24,000 nt of DNA from Pseudomonas moraviensis (GTDB taxonomy: Bacteria > Pseudomonadota > Gammaproteobacteria > Pseudomonadales > Pseudomonadaceae): NCBI RefSeq assembly GCF_900105805.1, contig NZ_LT629788.1, positions 6,001,521-6,025,520 of the forward strand, written 5' to 3'. Of the stretch, positions 7,002 to 16,670 are shown piece by piece. The notes below the pieces were generated by a model. It was not told the DNA's origin. It worked only from the letters and a program-made list of their open reading frames with translations, and did no database searches. Each line of letters opens with the position of its first letter. Position 1 is the stretch's first letter. The translations under genes were made by a program, and so were the position numbers.

Positions 7002-8396
7002 ATGGATGATCACGGACGCAGCCCTTCCTCCAACCAGCCAATCCTGTATGTACTCGATACCAACGTATTGATTCACGATCCAAATGCCCTGCTGAATTTC
7101 GAAGAACACCACGTCGCCATCCCGATGACCGTGCTGGAAGAGCTGGACAAGCTCAAGAGCGGCCATCACAGCGTGGCCGCCGAATGCCGCCAGGCGATCC
7201 GCCTGATCGACAAGACCCTGGGCGATGCGTCCCCTGAAGACGTTGAACTGGGCGTGCCGATCCAGCGTGGCAAGGGCGGGCCAAAGGGCTTGCTGTCAAT
7301 TCTGATGAGCAAGCAGGCCGAGTCGAATCTGATTCTGCCCGAGCACCTGAACGACAACAAAATCATCAACCAACTGATCGATCTGCACACTCGCGATCCG
7401 CAGAAACCGGTGGTGCTGGTCACCAAAGACATCAACATGCGCCTCAAGGCGCGCGCCTGCGGCATCGACGCCGAGGACTACAGCACCGACCAATTGGTCG
7501 ATGACGTGTCCCTGCTGCCCAATGGCTACCACAACATGACCGGCTCCTTCTGGGACCGCGTGAGCAAGGTCGAAACCCGCCAGGACCATGGCCGCACCTG
7601 GCACCAGGTGCAGCTGATCGACAACCTGCCAGCGGTGCATATCAACGAATTCATTATCGACGAGCAGGGCTTTGTCGGCTGGATCAAGGAAATCCAGGAA
7701 GACAAACTGCTGATCCTCGACCTGCATCAGGAACCGCTGCTGCATCAGGAGGCGTGGGGGCTGAAGCCGCGCGACATCTATCAGAGTCTGGCGCTGTACG
7801 CGTTGCTTGATCCGGACATTCATCTGGTCAACCTGTCCGGCGCCGCCGGTTCGGGTAAAACCATCCTGGCGCTGGCCGCTGCGATCGAGCAGACCATGGT
7901 CAGCAAGCGCTACCGCCGCATCATCGCCACCCGCAGCGTGCAGGGGCTGGATCAGGAAATCGGTTTCCTGCCCGGCACCGAAGCGGAAAAAATGGAGCCT
8001 TGGCTGGGCGCCATCACCGACAACCTCGAAGCCTTGCACATGGATGACGAGAACACCCATGGCAGCGTCGACTACATCCTCAGCAAAGTGCCGTTGCAGT
8101 TCAAATCGCTCAACTACATTCGCGGTCGCAGCTTCCAGCAGAGCCTGATCCTGATCGACGAATGCCAGAACCTCACGCCGCACCAGATGAAGACCATCAT
8201 CACCCGTGCCGGCGCCGGTTCCAAAGTGGTGTGCCTGGGTAACCTGGCACAGATCGATACCCCTTACCTGTCCGCGACCAGCTCCGGGCTGACTTACCTG
8301 ACCGAACGCTTCAAGGATTTCCCCAACGGTGTGCACATCACCCTGCAAGGGGTGCCTCGCTCGATCCTGGCCGAATACGCCGAATCGCATTTGTAA
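7002..8396 (+). CDS. PIN-domain plus PhoH-like ATPase fusion protein (PhoH2 / YlaK type).
   Basis: The N-terminus ILYVLDTNVLIHDPNALLNFEEHHVAIPMTVLEELDKLK is a PIN fold with its acidic residues. The Walker A motif is LSGAAGSGKTILALAAA and the Walker B-like motif is LILIDECQNL. An AGGTGA SD lies 6 nt upstream of the ATG. Confidence 0.9.
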   Translation: MDDHGRSPSSNQPILYVLDTNVLIHDPNALLNFEEHHVAIPMTVLEELDKLKSGHHSVAAECRQAIRLIDKTLGDASPEDVELGVPIQRGKGGPKGLLSILMSKQAESNLILPEHLNDNKIINQLIDLHTRDPQKPVVLVTKDINMRLKARACGIDAEDYSTDQLVDDVSLLPNGYHNMTGSFWDRVSKVETRQDHGRTWHQVQLIDNLPAVHINEFIIDEQGFVGWIKEIQEDKLLILDLHQEPLLHQEAWGLKPRDIYQSLALYALLDPDIHLVNLSGAAGSGKTILALAAAIEQTMVSKRYRRIIATRSVQGLDQEIGFLPGTEAEKMEPWLGAITDNLEALHMDDENTHGSVDYILSKVPLQFKSLNYIRGRSFQQSLILIDECQNLTPHQMKTIITRAGAGSKVVCLGNLAQIDTPYLSATSSGLTYLTERFKDFPNGVHITLQGVPRSILAEYAESHL

Positions 8397-8411
8397 TCCT
8401 TCACCCAAAAC

Positions 8412-8438
8412 CGGGCGGCCAGTCGGCCGCCCGTTTTT
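8412..8438 (+). terminator. Rho-independent terminator of the PIN-PhoH gene.
   Basis: CGGGCGGCC (8412-8420) and GGCCGCCCG (8425-8433) form a 9-bp GC stem with a 4-nt loop, followed by TTTTT (8434-8438). It starts 16 nt after the stop codon. Confidence 0.85.
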
Positions 8439-8458
8439 ATGGCCTATGCAAATCAAAA

Positions 8459-8548
8459 TGTAGGAGTGAGCCTGCTCGCGATAGCGGTCGATCAGTCGAC
8501 ATCAATGTTGAATACCAGACCGCTATCGCGAGCAGGCTCACTCCTACA
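8459..8548. repeat. REPIN (family B), long-loop form.
   Basis: TGTAGGAGTGAGCCTGCTCGCGATAGCGG ... CCGCTATCGCGAGCAGGCTCACTCCTACA are perfect inverted arms. The loop is nearly identical to that of the copy at 12815-12904. Confidence 0.92.
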
Positions 8549-8632
8549 GGTGATAGCGGTGATTTCATAATCAGTGATGCGGATATCTGACCCACAGGTT
8601 TACAATCCACGCTCCTGATCAGGAGTAATCCC

Positions 8633-9106
8633 GTGCTGACTCATCTCGATTCCCAAGGTCGCGCCAACATGGTCGACGTCACTGAAAAAGCCGTGACGTT
8701 CCGTGAAGCGACGGCTCAAGCGCTGGTGCGCATGCTCCCTGAAACCCTGCAGATGATCGTCAGCGGCGGCCATCCCAAAGGTGATGTGTTCGCCGTGGCA
8801 CGCATTGCCGGGATTCAGGCAGCGAAGAAAACCAGCGATCTGATTCCGCTGTGCCATCCGCTGATGCTGACGGGGGTCAAAGTCGAACTCAGCGCCGAAG
8901 GCGAAGACAGCGTGCGCATCGTCGCCCGCTGCAAGTTGTCCGGGCAGACCGGCGTCGAAATGGAGGCGCTGACCGCCGCCAGTGTCGCCGCCCTGACCAT
9001 CTATGACATGTGCAAAGCCGTCGATCGTGGCATGACCATCGAAAGCGTGCGTCTGCTGGAAAAAGTCGGCGGCAAGAGCGGCCATTTCCAGGCGGACCCG
9101 GCATGA
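8633..9106 (+). CDS. moaC: Cyclic pyranopterin monophosphate synthase MoaC.
   Basis: The 157-aa ORF reads [26 protein letters not shown]...LIPLCHPL...[21 protein letters not shown], which is typical MoaC. It uses a GTG start with an AGGAG SD 7 nt upstream, and moaD and moaE follow. Confidence 0.95.
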   Translation: MLTHLDSQGRANMVDVTEKAVTFREATAQALVRMLPETLQMIVSGGHPKGDVFAVARIAGIQAAKKTSDLIPLCHPLMLTGVKVELSAEGEDSVRIVARCKLSGQTGVEMEALTAASVAALTIYDMCKAVDRGMTIESVRLLEKVGGKSGHFQADPA

Positions 9107-9345
9107 AACTGACCGTGAAGTTTTTTGCTCGTTACCGCGAGGCGCTGGGCGTGGATTCAGTCGTGGTTGAAGGCGATTTCGCGAGCGTCGATGACGTTCG
9201 CGCATTGTTGGCGCAACGTGATGGCGCTGAGGTGTTGAGCGAGCAGAACCTGATGTGCGCACGCAACGAGGATCTTTGTCAGCTCGACGAGCCGGTGACC
9301 GACGGCGACGAAGTGGCGTTTTTTCCAACTGTGACCGGGGGCTGA
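9103..9345 (+). CDS. moaD: Molybdopterin synthase sulfur-carrier subunit MoaD.
   Basis: [16 protein letters not shown]...[11 protein letters not shown] is 80 aa and ends in the diagnostic C-terminal Gly-Gly. ATG 9103 overlaps the moaC TGA (ATGA). The track ORF 9010..9345 is an unsupported upstream extension. Confidence 0.92.
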   Translation: MKLTVKFFARYREALGVDSVVVEGDFASVDDVRALLAQRDGAEVLSEQNLMCARNEDLCQLDEPVTDGDEVAFFPTVTGG

Positions 9346-9347
9346 AC

Positions 9348-9800
9348 ATGGCGATTCGCGTGCAGGCCATGCCGTTCGATCCGGGCGCTGAAGTCAATGC
9401 GATGCACGCGGCCAATGTGGGCGTCGGTGCGGTGGTGAGCTTTGTCGGTTACGTGCGCGACTTCAACGACGGGCTCGACGTCGCGGGGATGTTTCTCGAG
9501 CACTACCCGGGCATGACCGAAAAAGCCCTCGGCAAGATCGCTGTCGAAGCGCAGCAGCGCTGGCCGCTGCTGAAACTGGAAGTGCTGCACCGCATCGGCG
9601 CGCTGGAGCCGGGCGAGCCGATCGTCTTCGTCGGCGCTGCCAGCGCCCATCGCCAGGCCGCGTTCGATGCCTGCGCGTTCGTCATGGACTACCTGAAAAC
9701 CCGCGCGCCGTTCTGGAAGAAAGAAAACACCAGCGATGGGCCCCGTTGGGTTGAGGGGCGGGACAGTGATCATGTGGCTGCGGATCGCTGGAAGAAGTAA
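9348..9800 (+). CDS. moaE: Molybdopterin synthase catalytic subunit MoaE.
   Basis: MAIRVQAMPFDPGAEVNAMH...FVGYVRDFNDG...FWKKE is 150 aa. ATG 9348 lies 2 nt after the moaD stop. The track ORF 9255..9800 extends upstream into moaD. Confidence 0.92.
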   Translation: MAIRVQAMPFDPGAEVNAMHAANVGVGAVVSFVGYVRDFNDGLDVAGMFLEHYPGMTEKALGKIAVEAQQRWPLLKLEVLHRIGALEPGEPIVFVGAASAHRQAAFDACAFVMDYLKTRAPFWKKENTSDGPRWVEGRDSDHVAADRWKK

Positions 9801-9820
9801 GTTCTGTATTGCCCTCAAAT

Positions 9821-9890
9821 CCGCTATCGCGAGCAGGCTCACTCCTACAGGGGAACGCATTGCAAATGTAGGAGTGAGCCTGCTCGCGAT
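9821..9890. repeat. REPIN (family B), short-loop form with the arms in the opposite order.
   Basis: The sequence is CCGCTATCGCGAGCAGGCTCACTCCTACA, then GGGGAACGCATTGCAAA, then TGTAGGAGTGAGCCTGCTCGCGAT. It starts 21 nt after the moaE stop. Confidence 0.92.
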
Positions 9891-10069
9891 GACGCCTTCT
9901 GCATCACCCAAAATCTCGCTGACACACCGCTAAGGCCAATTGACGATTTGTACCTGAGAGTCCAGTATGGATTTCCAAGTACAAAAAAAGCTTCTGTCTT
10001 GCAGCTAATAGCTTGCCGCTTGTAGCTGCTTTCTTGCCAAACCAACAACAACTTCGCGAGAGAACGAAC

Positions 10070-10846
10070 ATGAAGAAACTTCCCCTCATCACCGGTCTGG
10101 CCCTCAGCCTGTTGGCCTCCGCCAGCGTGTTCGCCGCCGAGAAAACCCTGCGCATCGGCATCGAAGCGGCCTATCCGCCGTTCGCGTCGAAAACCGACAA
10201 GGGTGAAATCGTCGGTTTCGACTACGACATCGGCAATGCCTTGTGTGCGCAGATGAAGGTCAAGTGTGTGTGGGTCGAAGGTGAGTTCGACGGGCTGATT
10301 CCTTCGCTGAAAGTGAAGAAGATCGACATGGCGCTGTCGTCGATGACCATCAACGAAGATCGCAAGAAGTCAGTGGATTTCAGCCATAAGTACTACTTCA
10401 CATCCTCGCGCCTGGTGATGAAGGAAGGCGCCAGCGTCGATGATCAGTACGCCAGCCTCAAAGGCAAGAATGTTGGCGTGCAGCGCGCGACCACCACCGA
10501 TCGTTATGCCACCGAGGTGTTCGAACCCAAGGGCATCAACGTCAAGCGCTACAGCAATAACGAAGAAATCTACATGGACCTGGCGGCGGGGCGCCTCGAT
10601 GCGATTTTCGCCGACACCATTCCGCTCAATGACTTCCTGTCGATGCCCCGCGGCAAGGGTTATGCGTTTGTCGGTCCGGAGTTGAAGGATCCCAAGTATG
10701 TCGGCGAAGGCGCGGGGATTGCGGTGCGCAAGGGCAATGCCGAGCTGGTCAGCCAGTTGAACAGCGCCATCGACGGGATTCGCGCGAGTGGCGAGTATCA
10801 GAAGATTTCCCAGAAGTATTTCCAGACCGATATCTACGGCGACTGA
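10070..10846 (+). CDS. Periplasmic substrate-binding protein of the ArgT/HisJ type (lysine-arginine-ornithine/histidine), with no adjacent permease or ATPase genes.
   Basis: [93 protein letters not shown] combines a signal peptide with type-3 SBP sequence. Its position next to dauR matches the P. aeruginosa PA3865-PA3862 arrangement. The track ORF 10013 is an upstream extension. Confidence 0.88.
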   Translation: MKKLPLITGLALSLLASASVFAAEKTLRIGIEAAYPPFASKTDKGEIVGFDYDIGNALCAQMKVKCVWVEGEFDGLIPSLKVKKIDMALSSMTINEDRKKSVDFSHKYYFTSSRLVMKEGASVDDQYASLKGKNVGVQRATTTDRYATEVFEPKGINVKRYSNNEEIYMDLAAGRLDAIFADTIPLNDFLSMPRGKGYAFVGPELKDPKYVGEGAGIAVRKGNAELVSQLNSAIDGIRASGEYQKISQKYFQTDIYGD

Positions 10847-10850
10847 TAAA

Positions 10851-10922
10851 AAGATCGCAGCCTTCGGCAGCTCCTACATGGGAATGCGTTCTCCTGTAGG
10901 AGCTGCCGAAGGCTGCGATCTT
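10851..10922. repeat. REPIN (family A), short-loop form, between convergent genes; probably acts as a bidirectional terminator.
   Basis: The sequence is AAGATCGCAGCCTTCGGCAGCTCCTACA, then TGGGAATGCGTTCTCC, then TGTAGGAGCTGCCGAAGGCTGCGATCTT. It is flanked by an A-run (10847-10852) on the left and TTTTGCTTTT (10919-10930) on the right. Confidence 0.9.
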
Positions 10923-10929
10923 TTGCTTT

Positions 10930-11556
10930 TCAGCCCTTCAATTCCTTCAAATGCTTGTACACCGTCGCCCGGCCCATGTTCAGCACATTGGCCACGTAGT
11001 TCGAGGCGCTTTTGCCCTTGAACGCGCCCTCGGCGTGCAGCGCCAGCACCAGTTCGCGTTTGTGATCACGGGTCAGCAGATTCAGGCTCAACTGCCGCTC
11101 GCGCAGCCACGCGTGGAGGAAGGTGTTGATGCGTTCCTGCCAGTCATCACGGAACAGTGAGTCCGGCTGCGGAATCAGTTTGCTCGGCGACAGAAACAGG
11201 TCGAGCGCCGCTTTGGCGTTCTCGAACAGGGAAATATTCAGATTGATGCACAGCACTGCGAGCGGTCGACCTTCACTGTCGCGCAGCACAGTGCTCAGGC
11301 TGCGAATCTTCTGACCGTCCCAGTTGAGCTTTTCGTACGGGCCGATGTTTCTTTCGCTGACCTCCTCGCTGAGCATGTCTTCCAGCGAGGAGTCGTCGCC
11401 GATTTCACGCTTGGACAGGTTGTTGGCGATGTAGTCGACCTTCTGCGTGCGCAGGTCGTGCAGCACCACCTCGGCATGGGGAAAGAACAGCGTGGCGATG
11501 GCATCGGCGATGGCGCGGAAGTTATCCAGCGCCGGGTCGAATTCGGAGGCGGTCAT
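10930..11556 (-). CDS. dauR: Transcriptional regulator DauR (YheO-like PAS domain plus C-terminal HTH).
   Basis: The 208-aa ORF reads ...FFPHAEVVLHDLRTQKVDYIANNLSKREIGD... with a C-terminal HTH, ASNYVANVLNMGRATVYKHLKEL. It is the last gene of a dauB-dauA-dauR arrangement like the one in P. aeruginosa. Confidence 0.8.
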   Translation of the reverse strand: MTASEFDPALDNFRAIADAIATLFFPHAEVVLHDLRTQKVDYIANNLSKREIGDDSSLEDMLSEEVSERNIGPYEKLNWDGQKIRSLSTVLRDSEGRPLAVLCINLNISLFENAKAALDLFLSPSKLIPQPDSLFRDDWQERINTFLHAWLRERQLSLNLLTRDHKRELVLALHAEGAFKGKSASNYVANVLNMGRATVYKHLKELKG

Positions 11557-11579
11557 GACAGTGGAGCTCCAGGCAGCGT

Positions 11580-11604
11580 CAGCGCCCCATGTGCCGGGGC
11601 GCTG
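11580..11604 (-). other. Intercistronic hairpin between dauA and dauR.
   Basis: CAGCGCCCC (11580-11588) and GGGGCGCTG (11596-11604) form a perfect 9-bp stem with a 7-nt loop inside the 84-nt dauA-dauR gap. Confidence 0.5.
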
Positions 11605-11640
11605 CGAGTGTGCCGCAATCTCTTGGGCGAGTCGATGCGA

Positions 11641-12899
<1,259 letters not shown>

Positions 12900-12904
<5 letters not shown>

Positions 12905-13853
12905 AGGGATTTGTGGTGAGGTGATAAACCGCATTGGCCAAGGCAATGTCTTCCAGGCCCAGACCGATCGAACGGAAAAACACATGCCGCTGGTAATCAG
13001 GGCGCGGGACTTTGTCGCTGAGCAAATCCGCCAGATCGCCCACAATCGATTCCTTGTGCCATCCATGCTGCTCAGCGGCAATCAACATCTCACCCGCCGA
13101 CCCCGGCGTGGTCTGACGATAGTCGCAGAACACCTGCATGTCGTTGAGGCTGCCCGGCGGCACTTCATGTGCGCGGGGGGCGTTGGTGCTGATCGAGGTG
13201 ATCAGCGCCGGTTTGCTCAATTCGGCAGGATCGATCACCGGCCCGGCAGACGAGGTGCAGAGCATGATCACGTCAGCTTCGGCGATAGCGGCCTCGCGGC
13301 TGTCGGCAATCTTCAGTTTCGGCGCGGTGGTCCTCAACACGGCCTGTGTTTCAGGATCTTCCAGCAGCGACGGCGAGTACACGCTGATGCTTTGCCATTC
13401 GCGCAAGGTTTTGACGTAATGCAGATGCGCCTGAGCGACTTTCCCGCTGCCGATGATCGCCAGTCGTTGGGCATTCGCCGGTGCGAGGGCGTCAACCGCC
13501 ACTGCCGTGGTCGCGGCGGTACGCGCGGTGGTCAGTTCGCCGGCATCGCAGAGCAGCAGCGGCTGGCCGGTTTTCATCGACATCAGCAGGGTCCACGCCG
13601 TCACCAGCGCACCCTGCTCACGAACGATATACGGCGAAGTCTTCACGCCGTACACGCCGTCCTCGGCCAGCACGCCCAGATAATTGATGAAGTCGCCGGC
13701 GCCCTGTGGGAATTCCACTAACTGCTGAGCTGGCTGCACGGCGTTACCGGCCGCCAGATCACGGAACAGTTTGCGCAGGATCTGCGGCACGTCGATTCGC
13801 GTCAGCAGATCACGGGCCAGGGCTTGATCGATCACGTACGGGGTACCGGACAT
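12900..13853 (-). CDS. dauB: NAD(P)H-dependent anabolic L-arginine dehydrogenase DauB (ornithine cyclodeaminase / mu-crystallin family).
   Basis: MSGTPYVIDQALARDLL...GVKTSPYI...LAIIGSGKVAQAHL carries a Rossmann motif and is 317 aa. I placed the start at ATG 13853, which has GGAGAG upstream. The track start at 13865 is a TTG. The gene lies upstream of dauA and dauR. Confidence 0.82.
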
Positions 13854-13883
13854 CTCGCTCTCCAAAGATAAACTTATTATTCC

Positions 13884-13911
13884 ATTATGGACTTTTGGTT
13901 CTGGCGAGCAA
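13884..13911 (-). promoter_or_regulatory. Candidate sigma-70 promoter of dauBAR.
   Basis: The minus strand reads TTGCTC (13911-13906), a 16-nt spacer, then CATAAT (13889-13884), about 30 nt upstream of the dauB ATG. Confidence 0.35.
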
Positions 13912-13922
13912 CCGTCGGGCGT

Positions 13923-13953
13923 AAAAAAAGCGCAGTCCGTTTCCGGCTGCGCT
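13923..13953 (-). terminator. Rho-independent terminator of rhlB; the flanking runs suggest it works in both directions.
   Basis: AGCGCAG (13929-13935) pairs with CTGCGCT (13947-13953) around an 11-nt loop. On the minus strand the hairpin is followed by T7 (the A-run at 13923-13929). On the plus strand TTTT follows it. Confidence 0.8.
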
Positions 13954-13970
13954 TTTTCGTATCGCGAGGC

Positions 13971-15449
13971 TTATTGTGGGCGCTTGCGCTCAACCGCGCG
14001 GAGCAGATGCGTCGGCGGTGTTTCGCAGCTGATCTTGCGACCGAGCTTTTCTTCGATGGACGGCAACTGATAGGAGTCGTCCTCACCGGCGAAGCTGATC
14101 GACACACCGTCAGCGCCGGCGCGACCGGTACGGCCGATGCGGTGCACGTAATCGTCCGGCACTTCCGGCAGGGTGAAGTTGATCACGTGGCTGATACCGT
14201 CGATGTGAATGCCGCGACCGGCGACATCGGTGGCCACCAGCACGCGAATCTTGCCTTCGCGGAAACCTTCCAGGGTCTTGATGCGTTTGTGCTGTGGCAC
14301 GTCGCCGGACAATTGCGCGGCGTTGATGCCGTCACGCACCAGGCGATCCTCGATGCGGCGCACTTCGTCCTTGCGGTTGGCAAACACGATGACCCGCTCC
14401 CAACCGTTGTCGTTGACCAGGTTGTAGAGCAGTTTGTATTTGTCGGCGGCGGCCACGGCGTAGATGTGCTGCTCGACGTTCTCATTGGCGACGTTGGTGA
14501 TTTCGATTTCGACGATCGCCGGATCCGTGGTCCATTGCTTGGCAAGGTTCATCACGTCTTCGGTAAAGGTCGCGGAGAACAGCAAGGTCTGGCGCTCGGA
14601 CTTCGGCGGGGTCTGACGAATGATCTGCCGAACCTGCGGGATGAAACCCATGTCGAGCATGCGGTCGGCTTCGTCCAGCACCATCACTTCGACCATGTCC
14701 AGGTGCACGTCGCCGCGCTGGTTGAAGTCGAGCAAGCGGCCCGGGGTCGCGACGAGAATGTCGCAATGGCGCGCTTCGAGGTGCTTGAGCTGTTTGTCGA
14801 AGTCCATGCCGCCGACGAACGTCATCACGTTGAGGCCGGTGTACTTGGTCAGGTCTGTCGCGTCCTTGGCGATCTGCACCACCAGTTCGCGGGTCGGCGC
14901 GATGATCAACGCGCGCGGTTCGCCCATGTAGCGCTCTTTAGGCGGCGGCGTCTGCAGCAGTTGGGTGATGATCGAGATCAGGAACGCGGCGGTCTTGCCG
15001 GTGCCGGTCTGCGCACGGCCGATGGCATCTTTGCCGGCGAGGGTGAAGCCCAGCACTTGCGCCTGGATCGGCGTGCAGTAAGGAAAGCCCAGGTCCTGGA
15101 TGGCGTGCATCAGTTCCGGGGCGAGCTTGAAATCGTGAAAGCGGGTTTTGCCTTCCTGCGGCTCGACGACGAAGTCTTCGAGTTTCCAGGGAATTACCGC
15201 CGCCTTGGGCTTCGGTTCGCGACGCGGTCTGGCCGGTTTCGGTGCTTCGCTGCGCGCAGGCTCGGCGGCAATTGGCGCGGCCGTAGCGGGTTTTTCTTCT
15301 GGCTTCGGTGTGGCTGCGGGAGCGGGGCGGTCGGCCTGTGGGGCATCGGTGCGATGACCGGGGGCGTGCGACGGCGCGCTGGAAACTGGCGCGAGCTGCT
15401 CAGCCTCGCTTTTACCGAACATTTTCTTGAGTGCTTTGAGCACGGTCAT
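13971..15449 (-). CDS. rhlB: DEAD-box ATP-dependent RNA helicase RhlB, with a long low-complexity N-terminal extension.
   Basis: The 492-aa ORF has a Q-motif ([11 protein letters not shown]), motif I ([11 protein letters not shown]), DEAD (VLDEADRM), SAT and [10 protein letters not shown]. It is adjacent to dauB, as PA3861 is in P. aeruginosa. Confidence 0.9.
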   Translation of the reverse strand: MTVLKALKKMFGKSEAEQLAPVSSAPSHAPGHRTDAPQADRPAPAATPKPEEKPATAAPIAAEPARSEAPKPARPRREPKPKAAVIPWKLEDFVVEPQEGKTRFHDFKLAPELMHAIQDLGFPYCTPIQAQVLGFTLAGKDAIGRAQTGTGKTAAFLISIITQLLQTPPPKERYMGEPRALIIAPTRELVVQIAKDATDLTKYTGLNVMTFVGGMDFDKQLKHLEARHCDILVATPGRLLDFNQRGDVHLDMVEVMVLDEADRMLDMGFIPQVRQIIRQTPPKSERQTLLFSATFTEDVMNLAKQWTTDPAIVEIEITNVANENVEQHIYAVAAADKYKLLYNLVNDNGWERVIVFANRKDEVRRIEDRLVRDGINAAQLSGDVPQHKRIKTLEGFREGKIRVLVATDVAGRGIHIDGISHVINFTLPEVPDDYVHRIGRTGRAGADGVSISFAGEDDSYQLPSIEEKLGRKISCETPPTHLLRAVERKRPQ

Positions 15450-15545
15450 CTCATCAATTGGTTAAGGAATGTACGCCGGCCAGTGTAATGCAAGAAACGG
15501 GCGCGGCGTAGTAGGAGGGATCAAAGGGCAGGGATTGGTCGCCAA

Positions 15546-16229
<684 letters not shown>

Positions 16230-16337
16230 TCATTGAGTGCGTGATTGAAGTGCGCGCCCGGTTGATCCGTTAACAAGATGTCGCAAGGTTACAAGTTTAG
16301 CTATTGACGTGTCGCGCAATGACTTCGGCAAGCGGTG

Positions 16338-16353
16338 TGGTACGGCCTTTGCT
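16338..16353 (+). promoter_or_regulatory. Candidate sigma-54 (RpoN) promoter upstream of aapJ.
   Basis: TGGTAC-GGCCT-TTGCT compares with the consensus TGGCAC-N5-TTGCW. It has one mismatch and the correct GG-N10-GC spacing. It lies 318 nt upstream of the aapJ ATG. Confidence 0.45.
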
Positions 16354-16670
16354 ATGAAGCTTTGCGTACGAAGCATCCCTTGTGCGGCGGTAACACTATC
16401 AGTGTCAGTCGCGCGATGGGATAGCAACGAATCCGGTGATGGATGTTCGCCAATGGCCGCTACGGGCTTAGCGAACGTGAAAGGGCTACAGCCCGTTCGG
16501 CCGATTGGTGAGAAGTGAGTGATCCATGATGTGGATCTTCTCCTACTAGACTCATAGCGAAGGTCTTACGTCGGTTGACCCCAAAAAAAGCCAACACGGG
16601 TCAACAACGCCTCAAAAGGGTGCGACAGGACTCAAGCTCCGACACAACAAGAGCAAAACTGGAGGTTTGA

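Noticed and set aside
8549-8632. A Moco (molybdenum cofactor) riboswitch upstream of moaC.
   Set aside because: Only about 85 nt are available between the REPIN and the start codon. I cannot find the conserved Moco-motif blocks, so only a short SD palindrome is reported.
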